From: Macrostomum lignano
Taxonomy: Eukaryota
DNA: 64,000 nucleotides
Assembly: GCA_002269645.1 (NCBI GenBank)
Contig: NIVC01000146.1
Location: 186,001-250,000 of the forward strand
Reading direction: 5' to 3'
The position numbers and the translations under genes were made by a program. Of the stretch, positions 1 through 10,654 are shown one piece after another (the first letter of the stretch is position 1; each line of letters starts with the position of its first letter). The notes beneath the pieces are model-generated. The model had not been told where the DNA came from and ran no database searches. It saw nothing but the letters and a program-made list of their open reading frames with translations.

Positions 1-44
1 TGTTGCACTTTTCACCGCCCGCCTCGTATAGGGACTATGTTCAG
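1..44 (+). CDS. RECQL4: RecQ4-like helicase, internal exon (5' end outside window)
   Basis: Frame from nt 3 reads LHFSPPASYRDYVQ and ends at a CAG|GTGAGT donor. It joins EVGRAGRDG in the next exon to give helicase motif VI (human RECQL4 has [23 protein letters not shown]). Confidence 0.8.
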
Positions 45-89
45 GTGAGTCCGCCCACCATGCTCATTGAGTCGCTAGCAAATCGCCTG

Positions 90-712
90 TACTGACCAAC
101 CACCCGCACTGACCCACCACCCGCACTGACCCACCACCCGTACTGACCCACCACCCGCACTGACCCACTGCCCGCACTGACCCACCACCCGCACTGACCC
201 ACCACCCGCACTGACCCACCACCCGTACTGACCCACCACCCGCACTGACCCACTGCCCGCACTGACCCACCACCCGCACTGACCCACTGCCCGCACTGAC
301 CCACCACCCGCACTGACCCACTGCCCGCACTGACCCACCACCCGTACTGATCCACCACCCGCACTGACCCACCACCCGTACTGACCCACCACCCGCACTG
401 ACCCACCACCCGCACTGACCCACTGCCCGCACTGACCCACCACCCGCACTGACCCACTGCCCGCACTGACCCACCACCCGCACTGACCCACCACCCGCAC
501 TGACCCACTGCCCGCACTGACCCACTGCCCGCACTGACCCACCACCCGCACTGACCCACTGCCCGCACTGACCCACCACCCGCACTGACCCACCACCCGC
601 ACTGACCCGCCACCCGCACTGACCCACCACCCGCACTGACCCACCGCCTGCACTGACCCACCACCCGCACTGACCCACTGCCCGCACTGACCCACACCGC
701 CTGAGATGACCC
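90..712. repeat. 17-bp minisatellite (CTGACCCACCACCCGCA) filling a RECQL4 intron
   Basis: Direct reading. Confidence 0.97.
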
Positions 713-735
713 ACCGCCCCACGCCGCCACCCCAG

Positions 736-973
736 GAGGTGGGCAGGGCCGGTCGTGATGGAGACCCGGCCTACTGCCACACCCTGCTGGCGCATCCGCC
801 AGGCGCCGACCTGCTCCGCCTGCAGCGCCACGTGTTCGCCAACTGCGTTGAGCCGACCGGAGTCAAGGCGCTGATCAGGCGGCTGTTCCCCGTCAAGCCC
901 GACTGCCGGCTGTGCGCCGCTGGTGCCGCTGAAGCCGCCGAGGCTGACAAAATTGAGTGCGAGGGCGGCGCCG
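736..973 (+). CDS. RECQL4: RecQ4-like helicase, exon with motif VI and start of the RecQ4 zinc-binding region
   Basis: CCCCAG acceptor at 735, reads [18 protein letters not shown]...DCRLC, G|GTGAGT donor at 974 (phase 1, matches the next exon). Confidence 0.88.
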
Positions 974-1365
974 GTGAGTGGCAAAGTTTAGAGTGTTAAT
1001 TTTGCACCTGGGAAAGCTGAGGTCAATTGGGGTCAGCTGTGCTGTTTCCTGAAAATAATCTCGCCTGCGGCAGTCAGTGGCACACTGCGGTTTCATGTAA
1101 CGAATGTGTTCGGATTCGCCTATGAGATTCACCCCTAGTGCATGTGCATAGCAAAAATATATTAGTAAATAAACATTCAAGTGAGAGATTGAGCCGGCCC
1201 TGACTTGTTTTTCCTTGTCTTGGCATACCTGATTCACTGTATCAATCACATGCTAACTTCTATCTATATTTAACACTGACATCCTGACGCACACCTTAAA
1301 TGGATAAAAAGCTGATTTTAAGAAAGGTATTTTACTCAATAAGCCATTCGCCTGATCGGATCGCA

Positions 1366-1465
1366 ATGTCCAAGCCGTCGCCAGCATCAGCAGCCTCAAT
1401 GCCAGCAGGAGGTGCCGCTACTGAACGCTCGGCTCTACCGCCGTTTCTACCTCGCAACGAGATCG
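1366..1465 (+). CDS. Nested caspase-like gene, putative exon 1
   Basis: ATG at 1366 (MSKPSPASAAS...). G|GTGAGT donor at 1466, then an AT-rich 96-nt segment ending TGCAG at 1561, with phase 1 on both sides. Confidence 0.6.
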
Positions 1466-1561
1466 GTGAGTCTGCGTCTTGTATTAAATATATTCGAATA
1501 ATACATATTAGCAATATATCAATATTATTAAGATATGAATATTGCAAACACATCGCTGCAG

Positions 1562-3492
1562 ATTTACCAGTGAGCGGTGAGGTTTGCAACCGGCTGGCTG
1601 ACAGTTTTGCCCAGCTGCCCGCTTGCGAGACAGTCGTGCCGCTGCCCACCTGCCCATCAGTGCCTGTCCTGCTGCTGACCCGCTCCTCAGACTCCGCCGC
1701 TGACGCCAGAGCCAAGTTTGATTCGCTGTCTAACAACCAGTGCACAATTCATTGCCAGGTGGCCGACTCGCTAGATAGTTACCATGGCAACGCTGTTAGA
1801 TTCTTGTCCATTGCTAAGTTGCGCGGCGATAGAGAGGCTTGGATTGTCCACGAGGTTAGCGTCACCGCGGACTGCCAGCAGGCGATGATCGGTGGCCAAA
1901 TCGTGATGGACAGCGAGCTTTACGAGCCTCTGTGTGGCCTGCGCGACTCCCAGCCCATCAGGCTGGCTCTGTTTCTCTTGATGACGTGCCAGACGAACTC
2001 TGCGGAGCCTTCTTGTAGCAGCAGCCGTCGTAGCAGAAGCAGCAACAGCAGCAGAAGCAACAGCATAGGCAACAGCAGAAGCAACAGCAGCAGAAGCAAC
2101 AGCATAGGCAACAGCAGAAGCAACAGCAGAGGCAAAAACAGCAGAAGCAACAGCAGCAGAAGCAACAGCATAGGCAACAGCAGAAGCAGCAGCAGAAGCA
2201 ACAGCATAGGCAACAGCAGAAGCAACAGCAGAAGCAGCAGCAGAAGCAACAGCAGCAGAAGCAACAGCATAGGCAACAGCTGAAGCAGCAGCAGAAGCAA
2301 CAGCAGCAGAAGCAACAGCACAGGCAACTGCAGAAGCAACAGCACAGGCAACTGCAGAAGCAACAGCATAGGCCACACCAGCAGAAGCAGATGCAGCACT
2401 GGCCAGTCTAGCAGCGGGCCAGCTCAGACTCCGAAACACGCCTCGCTATGCAACACCGAGATTCACAGTTTCAACTTTGGCAAAAATGGCGTCAACTGGC
2501 GGGAAGTGTTGCAGGCATTCGAGAGTCTGGAGGCCGGCAGCCGGACAGCAACGGTCGATAATTTGGTCAGCGAGGTTGTCAGGCACTGCACGGGGCTCAG
2601 CTCCCGTTGGATGTCGGGCGTGCCGAACGCCGATATCGTGTCAGCCAGTGTGCCAGACAATCCGCTGAGGCGGCTTCAGCTGCTGGGGACCAAGCTGTCC
2701 GCTGAGTGCAGCCAGCGGGGCTCGGCAGATCTCTTCCTGATTGTCGCTGTCGGCAAGTACAAATCAGGTATCAGGCTTGGCTTCGAGATGGACGTGGAAA
2801 ACTTCTCAAAAATTGCTCAGCATCTCGGCTGCTCAAGCGGGAACGTGCGCTCGCTGTGTCCGGCTGACGGCTGCGTGACAGCCGCTGAAATCCGCCGCTT
2901 TATCGAAGATGTCGTCAAGGATTGTCGCAACAAGTGGACTTTGCCTTCCCGCGTATTTCTGGCCGTCTCCGCGCACGGCGGCCAGTCCGGGATTTGCGCA
3001 TCGGACGGCCAGAATGTCACCGTGGAGGAGCTCCTGCTGCCTCTGTCGAGCCTTGGCTCCTTCTTGCTGTACTTCGGCCAGTCGTGTCGCGGCCGCCGCT
3101 TCCATGCCGCTGAGGCGGGCGGGAATTACCGGCCGCCAGCCTTCGCCTGCAGTCTCGGATTCGTCAGCCCGGACACCTCTGGCTGCGTGCTGCCGCCGCA
3201 GCTTCCGCGATCGGCCGCCATCTTTGCCAGCATGGCTGGGTACAAAGCCTATAGGCACGCTGAGAGCGGCAGCTTCATGCCGAAGGCGCTGCTTGATGTT
3301 GTGAGCCGTCCTGGAGCTTTCAGTGTCAGGCAGCTGGCTGAGATGCTGCAGGCCAGGATTCACGAGCTCGTGGATTTCGGGAGGGTCACTTGCCGAAGCC
3401 CTCAAAGCTTAGAACTCTACAAGGTCTATATTCAGACTCAGTACAGTGCCAACGATGGCTATGAGAACTTTATCATCCAGACGGGCTGTTGA
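1562..3492 (+). CDS. Nested caspase-like gene, exon 2: degenerate caspase-like domain, Ser/Asn/Arg repeat, intact caspase domain; one in-frame TGA at 2281-2283
   Basis: Track ORFs 1300-2283 and 2506-3492 share a frame, and I translated 2284-2505 as open. The C-terminal domain has caspase motifs RLG...D, VSAHG (His 2974), FGQSCRG (Cys 3085) and a p10-like AIFASMAGYKAYRHAESGSFM. Whether it is one protein depends on the TGA. Confidence 0.8.
2015..2390 (+). repeat. Coding tandem repeat (AGC AAC AGC AGA / ATA GGC variants) giving an S/N/R-rich linker
   Basis: Direct reading. All unit variants are multiples of 3 nt. Confidence 0.9.
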
Positions 3493-3858
3493 CTCCAAAA
3501 TGTGATCAGTTTTGCAGTGAATATTACTGAGATGTCAGCATGCGCATCAGTGCTAAATTTATACAGAATTGTACACAGCTGTGTTCGTACCCTAAATTTG
3601 TTCTATTCAGCAGTTTTTGTACGAGCTAAATAATACACTGCCTTCCGGTAACGTACTTGCCGCTTGTCAGAACTCAGCTATCATGTGACTGCCTGGTTTG
3701 GGACAATGCCTTGCAACTAACTTTGGCTGTCGTACGCGGCACCTACAAATACTTGTTTACCCCCCCACCCCAGCGAAAATGCTGTCCTGCTTTTTGCTCG
3801 GATTTTAATTATTTTAAATGACTGTTGAGTCTGTTGTTTGGCTTGTCTTTCTGAATCT

Positions 3859-4252
3859 CTGTCTGTCTGTCTTGTTTGTCTGTCTGTCTGTCTGTCTGTC
3901 TATCTGACTGACTGACTGACTGACTGACTGACTGACTGACTGACTGACTGACTGACTGACTGACTGACTGACTGACTGACTGACTGACTGACTGACTGAC
4001 TGACTGACTGACTGACTGACTGACTGACTGACTGACTGACTGACTGACTGACTGACTGACTGACTGACTGACTGACTGACTGACTGTCTGACTGACTGAC
4101 TGACTGACTGACTGACTGACTGACTGACTGACTGACTGACTGACTGACTGACTGACTGACTGACTGACTGACTGACTGACTGACTGACTGACTGACTGAC
4201 TGACTGACTGACTGACTGACTGACTGACTGACTGACTGACTGACTGACTGAC

Positions 4253-4313
<61 letters not shown>

Positions 4314-4317
4314 TGTT

Positions 4318-4370
<53 letters not shown>

Positions 4371-4376
4371 GTCTGC
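3859..4376. repeat. Compound microsatellite (GTCT)n-(GACT)n-(GTCT)n
   Basis: Direct reading. Confidence 0.98.
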
Positions 4377-4580
4377 TTGCCAATGATAGTGCTCCACCGT
4401 ACGGGTCTATGGATGGTATCTTAGTCTGTCTTTCGCACATCTCATACCTAATGAAACATAAATCTTAACCTTAGCATTCGCGAGTTCGAGTCTTAGTTTA
4501 GGAAGCACACGTGTAGAAACTCCCATTTGTTGTTTATCCCTTCGCATTCTCCTCTCCTCCCTGTACTGCCCCACCCGCAG

Positions 4581-5599
4581 TCAGCGGCCAGTCCTGGCCA
4601 CCCGGCGGCCACCTGCGCGCCCTGGACATCGCCGAGACGGTGGCGGAGCTGGACTCCACCGAGGAGACCATCGAGACCCTCCTGTGCTACCTGCAGCTCC
4701 GCTTCCCCGGCCGCTGCCGCCTCCTCGGCCGAGCCAACTCCCGCTACAGCCTGTCCAGCTACTCCGGCCCGGCCGGCCTCGCCTGGGCCGCCAGCCGCTG
4801 CCTCTGCGTGGCTGCCGCCCTGGCCGACCGGGCCGCCGCCGCCGCCGCAGCTGGTGCCGCCGCTGAAGCTGACGACGGCGCCAATCCGACCATCGACTTG
4901 GCCGCCCTCTGCGACCGATTCGGCTGGGACCCCAGCGCCGTCGGTCGCGACCTCGCCGGCATCGAATGGAACGACAGCGGCAGGCGCTCCGGCGTCGTTG
5001 CCAAGCCGGAGCGCCCGGCCTGGATGCTGCTGGCTCGCTGCTGCCAGGGCCACGAGGTCGCCGACCGGCTGGCCAATCACGTGATCGCCCGCCTGCGCCG
5101 AGTGGAGCGCTGCGCCCTGTCCGACATGCGCCGCTTGCACCGCCTGCTGGCCCGGTCCGCCTCCGTCGCTGCCGACCATGGCAACAACGATAGCGTCCCT
5201 AGCAACCAAGAGCCGGGCGAATCCTCCGGCGACAGTCTGCACGACGCCGCCAGCCGCGCCATCGCCGCTGGCGTCTTCGCCTACTTCGCCAATAGTGTCG
5301 AAGGCGATGACCGGTTCGAGGGCGGCGCCGGCGAGGACGACGCCGAGGACGACGACGACGCTGTCGACGAGTCGACGCTGGCCTGCGTCCGGGCCGGCGT
5401 TCGCGCCTTCATCGGGCTGTACGGCGGCGAGCACCGGCTGACGGCGCGGAACATCGCCTGCGTGATGCACGGCATCGGGACGCCCAACTTCCCAGCCGTG
5501 GTCTGGGGCCGCGTGCGCCGCTTCTGGCGGCTCCATGAGGCCGTGCCCTGGCCGGCTGTGCGCCGCGCCGCGCTGGAGGAGCTGCTGGCCACTCTGTGA
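4581..5599 (+). CDS. RECQL4: RecQ4-like helicase, terminal exon (R4ZBD and C-terminal domain)
   Basis: CGCAG acceptor at 4580 in matching phase 1. GHLRALDIAETVAELDSTEETIETLLCYLQL and RNIACVMHGIGTPNFPAVVWGRVRRFW align by eye to the RECQL4-specific GHERAL...LDMPEEAIETLLCYLEL and [27 protein letters not shown]. Stop TGA at 5597-5599. Confidence 0.9.
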
Positions 5600-5689
5600 C
5601 ACCGCGGCCACCGGGATTTTCATGTACTTTTTGGTGCTTTGGAGCTAGGAAGTCGCCCTATCTATAGGTTGTTGCTGTGGTGCTTTGGA

Positions 5690-7020
5690 ACCCCTTTATC
5701 AGTCAATGTAGGGAGGGTCAGATGACCCCATTTATCAGTCAATTTAGGGAGGGTCATATGACCCCATTTATCAGTCAATGTAGGGAGGGTCAGATGACCC
5801 CATTTATCAGTCAATTTAGAGAGGATCATATGACCCCCTTCATCAGTCAATTTAGAGAGGATCATATGACCCCCTTTATCAGTCAACTTAGAGAGGGTCA
5901 TATGACCCCATTTATCAGTCAGTTTAGGGAGGGTCATATGACCCCCTTTATCAGTCATTTCAGGGGGTCATATGACCCCATTTATCAGTCAATTTAGGGA
6001 GGGTCATAAGACCCCATTTATCAGTCAACTTAGAGAGGGTCATATGACCCCATTTATCAGTCAATTTAGGGAGGATCATATGACCCCATTTATCAGTCAA
6101 CTTAGAGAGGGTCATATGACCCCCTTTATCAGTCAATTTAGGGAGGATCATATGACCCCCTTTATCAGTCAATTTAGGGAGGATCATATGACCCCCTTTA
6201 TCAGTCAATTTAGGGAGGGTCATATGACCCCATTTACGAGCGTATTAGTCAATTTAGGGAAGATCAGATGACCCCATTTATCAGTCAATTTAGGGAGGGT
6301 CATAAGACCCCATTTATCAGTCAATTTAGGGAGGGTCATGTGACTCCTTTATCAGTCAATTTAGGGAGGGTTATATGACCCCCTTTATCAGTCAATTTAG
6401 GGAGGGTCATGTGACTCCTTTATCAGTCAATTTAGGGAGGGTCATATGACCCCATTTATCAGTCAATTTAGGGAGGGTCATGTGACCCCTTTATCAGTCA
6501 ATTTAGGGAGGGTCATATGACCCCCTTTATCAGTCAATTTAGGGAGGGTCATGTGACCCCCTTTATCAGTCAATTTAGGGAGGGTCATGTGACCCCCTTT
6601 ATCAGTCAATTTAGGGAGGGTCATGTGACCCCCTTTATCAGTCAATTTAGGGAGGGTCATGTGACCCCCTTTATCAGTCAATTTAGGGAGGGTCATATGA
6701 CCCCCTTTATCAGTCAATTTAGGGAGGGTCATATGACCCCCTTTATCAGTCAATTTAGGGAGGGTCATGTGACCCCCTTTATCAGTCAATTTAGGGAGGG
6801 TCATGTGACCCCCTTTATCAGTCAATTTAGGGAGGGTCATGTGACCCCCTTTATCAGTCAATTTAGGGAGGGTCATGTGACCCCCTTTATCAGTCAATTT
6901 AGGGAGGGTCATGTGACCCCCTTTATCAGTCAATTTAGGGAGGGTCATATGACCCCCTTTATCAGTCAATTTAGGGAGGGTCATGTGACCCCCTTTATCA
7001 GTCATTTAGGGAGGGTCATA
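5690..7020. repeat. 36-bp minisatellite (ATGACCCCCTTTATCAGTCAATTTAGGGAGGGTCAT)
   Basis: Direct reading. 12-aa periodicity in the ORF track. Confidence 0.98.
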
Positions 7021-7519
7021 TCTCATAACATCCTATAATTAGCATGAATACCTTCATTGTTGCAATGCTGCGAATTATATGCTATGCATTTTTAATCATA
7101 ACAGTATCATGTGCTAAAATAAATTTTTCACTGTTTGCGCAATATATTTTGCACTTTTCGCTTAATTTACAATTATCTCTGAGTACTGCTTCAGTGCCCA
7201 AATTATAAATTTAATTTTGCGTGCAAATCTGTCTTCGATTATCGAGTAGCTCGTACGAGTGCGACCCTGCGAATGCAATCTTGTTGCACACATCACAAAT
7301 GTATGAAACCGCTGACTTAAGCCAGTAACATTGCTATTTGCCAAAGATCTCCGTTGCTACACTGTTCTCGACTGTCTAGGTTGCCCAATGACAACTGGAC
7401 AGACTGGTACATGTAGGCCCAATAACAACTGGACAGACTGGTACATGAGGCCTGTTGGTCAGCACGCAGAAGAGCTGACTGTGCCCTGCGTGCCGGATGA
7501 CACGGGCACTTAAAGGTTA

Positions 7520-7980
7520 TGGTGTCCAGGCTTTCGAGGTTGGGTGTCCGAGATTCAAGGTTTGGTGTCCGGGCTTTCGAGGTTGGGTGTCCGAGATTCA
7601 AGGTTTGGTGTCCGGGCTTTCGAGGTTGGCTGTCGTGGCCAGGATTTTGAGGTTGGGTGTCCGAGATTCAAGGTTTGGTGTCCGGGTTTTGGAGGTTGGG
7701 TGTCCGGGGATTCAAGGTTTAGTGGCCGGGATTTCGAGGTTTGATGTCCGGGGCTCGATGTTTCGAAGTTGGGTGTCCATCAGGATTCAAGTTTTTGTGT
7801 CCGAGGGTTTCTAAGACTGGTGTCCAGGGTTTGGGTTGTGGTTGGGTGTCCGTGGTTCAAGATTTTGTGTCCCGGATTTCGGAGTTGGGTGTCCAGGGTT
7901 CGGGCTGGGTGTCCGGGTTCGAGGTTTGGCGTCCGGATTTTTGAAGCTGCGTGTCCGAGGTTCGAATTGGGTGTCCGGCG
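7520..7980. repeat. Degenerate 43-bp repeat with ~21-bp subunits (GGGTGTCCGAGATTCAAGGTT)
   Basis: Direct reading. TGGGTGTCCG recurs at 7541 and 7584. Confidence 0.85.
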
Positions 7981-8757
7981 GTTTCTGCACACTTAACTAT
8001 GTTGCTTAAGTTTTCTGTGCATTTTTCTTTTTAAAATCTGTTAGGTAATCTTCATTATACACTGCATTATGTCACGACTTTAAAAGAAGAAATGTAGCTG
8101 TCGCGGCCGTTAATGGTGTTTGTATTCACATATTCCTAAGGATTAGCTGGCGGTGCGAATCAGATTGCTTAATTGCAAGTATTTATTTATGGCAGTCATT
8201 AATATCGCAGGTAATATAATTATAAGTAACAATAGAGATATAACTGTCGGGCCATTCATCGCCTGTGCAGATTCTGTGCGCCAATGTACAGAGCAGGTGG
8301 GTGCAAAATCGGGTGGAGTGCGCCTGTTTCTATGGCAGAACTGGTTTCAGTCTATATTTTGGGATGATTCGGTGCATGCAAGCGCCAATTTTGTACAATA
8401 TTAGAATGTTCGAAAAAGCAGAGAATTGCAACTTGAGAGCAGGCAAAAGTAATTTAAGTGGCTGGGTTCTTCATCTACTGATACATGGCATGCTGCAGAA
8501 ACTATACTGTTCGAATAATTGCATTGCATGCTACTGATAGCAGTAGCTCAGTGCTGCGAGCATCTTTAAATTTTAAATTTAAACGTTTTTTAAACTGTTT
8601 TCAAGCAACTCGGTTACTCAGCCAACTATAAAAGCTCCTGGATCACAAGGTTTGTTCAGGTAAAAAACAAACCGGAAACTGCTAACGAAAAATTCCGCGA
8701 GTTTTGGCGCGAATTCAAATTCACTCGTGGGCAACAGGTCAGCTGCTGGGATGAATA

Positions 8758-9914
8758 TTAGGCTACGCGAGTCCAGTACTGGCCGTGGATGTCGTACGGC
8801 GACTGCAGCGGCATCGGCAGGCCGGACAGCGGAGTGGCAGACGCCGCAGCGGCCGCCGCCGCAGCCGACTGGGGGTGGTAGTGCGGCAGAGCGGCGGGCC
8901 GCCCGTACGAGTCGTGATGGTAGCCGCTGGGCCCGCTGCCGCCTCCGCTGCCGCCGCCGCCGTACACAGCGGAGCTGCTGCCATGGACCGACGGAGCGGC
9001 GCCCGGGCTCTGCAGGCCGGCGGCGGCGGCGGCGTTCCAGGCGGCGCTCTGGTAGACTCCAGCTGCTGCGGCCGCTGCCGCCGCGGCCGCCGTCCCGGCT
9101 GCCGAATAATCCGCCGCCGCGGCCGCTGCCGCAGCTGCCGCAGCCGCCGAAGTCGCGTGCGGCTGCAGATGATGGTGATGGCTTTGAAGATGGTGATGAT
9201 GCTGGGGCTGCTGCAGGTGCTGCTGGTGATGCTGCTGGTGATGCGGATGCTGCTGGTGCAACAGTTGCTCCTGCTGTTCCTGCTGCAGCTGATGCTGTTG
9301 GTGTTGGTGTTGCAAGTGGTGCTGCAGGTGCGGCTGCTGCTGTGGCGCCAGCTGCCCCAGCGGGGAGTGCATGGGAGCCATCGGTGGCAGCTGCGACATG
9401 TGCGGCGGCGGCGGCGGCTGCTGCTGCTGCTGCTGAGCCAGTTGGAGCGGCTCGTCCACTGAGTCTGGACGTCCCCCGCTAGCGCCTCCGCCGCCGCCGC
9501 CCCGCTGACTGCGCAGCTTCTCCTCGCGGCGCCACTTGGCGCGCCTGTTGGAGAACCAGACCTGGATGCGGGCCTCGGCCAGGCCGATGCGCTTGGACAG
9601 GGTCTCCCTGGCGAACACGTCCGGGTAGTGGGTCCTCTCGAACTCCTTCTCCAGCGCGTCCAGCTGTTCCTGGGTGAACGAGGTCCGGTTGCGCTGCAGC
9701 TTCCGTTTCAGCTTCATCCGCATATCGTCAGATGAGTCCACGCCGCCGCCGCCGCCGCCGCCGCCTCCTCCGGCTCCGACGCTGTCGCCGTAGTCGTCGA
9801 TCGATCCAGGGCCGCCGCCGCCGCCGCCGCCGCACCCGCTGTTGCCGGCCGCGCCTGCGTCGGCGAGGCTGCTGTCGGAGTCCGCCGGACTGCCGAGCTC
9901 GGGGTTGGGCTCTG
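8758..9914 (-). CDS. Pax6: Pax6 terminal exon: paired-class homeodomain (S50) and low-complexity PST-like tail
   Basis: [67 protein letters not shown] and the C-terminal QYWTRVA. CCAG|CAG acceptor at 9915 in phase 1, with an in-frame stop just upstream that fixes the boundary. Confidence 0.97.
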
Positions 9915-9974
9915 CTGGCGGGGTTCAAACGAGGGGGCGGCTTCTGAGCAGGCTGGCCGCCAATCTGCCACTTT

Positions 9975-10279
9975 TTGTGCTTTCCTACTACTATCCGCTC
10001 GCATGTGCTCAGTAGTATCCGGGTGAAATTTGGATTCAATTCTGAGCAGATTGGTTTGCTACGTCCAAGATCCGCTGGAAGGATACACACGGCTCACACA
10101 GGGTGTGCCTTGGGGAGTTGGCCCTCACGGGTGTAAATCGTACGACAACCTCCCGGCGTAATGTCCTACACAAGACACAAATGAATGCGGCCGCCACGGA
10201 ATTGAACCGAGGGGACGTCTGTCTGGTCTGGACACCTCCTTTCCATAATCTCGAAGCTTTACTTCTTTAACTATATCCC
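9975..10279 (-). mobile_element. Candidate tRNA-derived SINE in a Pax6 intron (3' end approximate)
   Basis: Minus strand starts GGGATATAGTTAAAGAAGTAAAGC (tRNA 5'/A-box-like) and has the B-box GGTTCAATTCC at 10198-10208. No cloverleaf or CCA end follows. Confidence 0.45.
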
Positions 10280-10296
10280 AGCTGCTATTTTCTCAC

Positions 10297-10636
10297 CTGC
10301 TTTCACAGCCTCCGACGATGTCGATGCGGCGATGCCGCCGCCGATAACTCCGCCGATGCCGGCCGCCGCGGCGTGGTGGAAGCCGTTCAGCGGCCCATAG
10401 CCGCAGGCGGCCATGCCTGCCGCAGCGGCCGGGAAGCCGGGATAAGCGGCGGCCGAGGCGGCCTGGGAGCCGTACCAGGCGTGCGGGTTGCCCCAGTGCT
10501 GGCCCAGCAGGTGCAGCTTGTCGTAGACACCGCCGCCGCCCCCAGCGCTACCGCCGACGCTGCCCCCGCCGCCAGGCAGAAGATGTCGCTGCGACTCGTT
10601 CGACAGGTTGCGCAGCACGCGGTTGATTGAGGACAC
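10297..10636 (-). CDS. Pax6: Pax6 exon: end of paired domain and linker
   Basis: CAG|GTG acceptor, VSSINRVLRNL, Pax6 linker motif VYDKLHLLGQHWG...AWY, G|GTGAGA donor at 10296. Confidence 0.96.
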
Positions 10637-10654
10637 CTGGATTTGGATCGGTTG

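Noticed and set aside
3493-3560. SECIS-like GUGA...GA stem after the caspase stop, which would make TGA 2281 a selenocysteine
   Set aside because: Only about 23 nt separate the putative core halves, with 4 good base pairs and no correctly placed AA loop. The TGA also replaces an Arg codon in a low-complexity repeat rather than a catalytic Cys.
4493-5623. 376-aa minus-strand ORF and similar overlapping ORFs at 2833-3405 and 8727-9482
   Set aside because: These are antisense or shifted-frame shadows of GC3-rich RECQL4, caspase and Pax6 coding sequence.
10190-10279. Functional tRNA gene
   Set aside because: A- and B-box-like motifs are present, but I cannot fold a cloverleaf or match an acceptor stem, so it is kept only as a SINE candidate.
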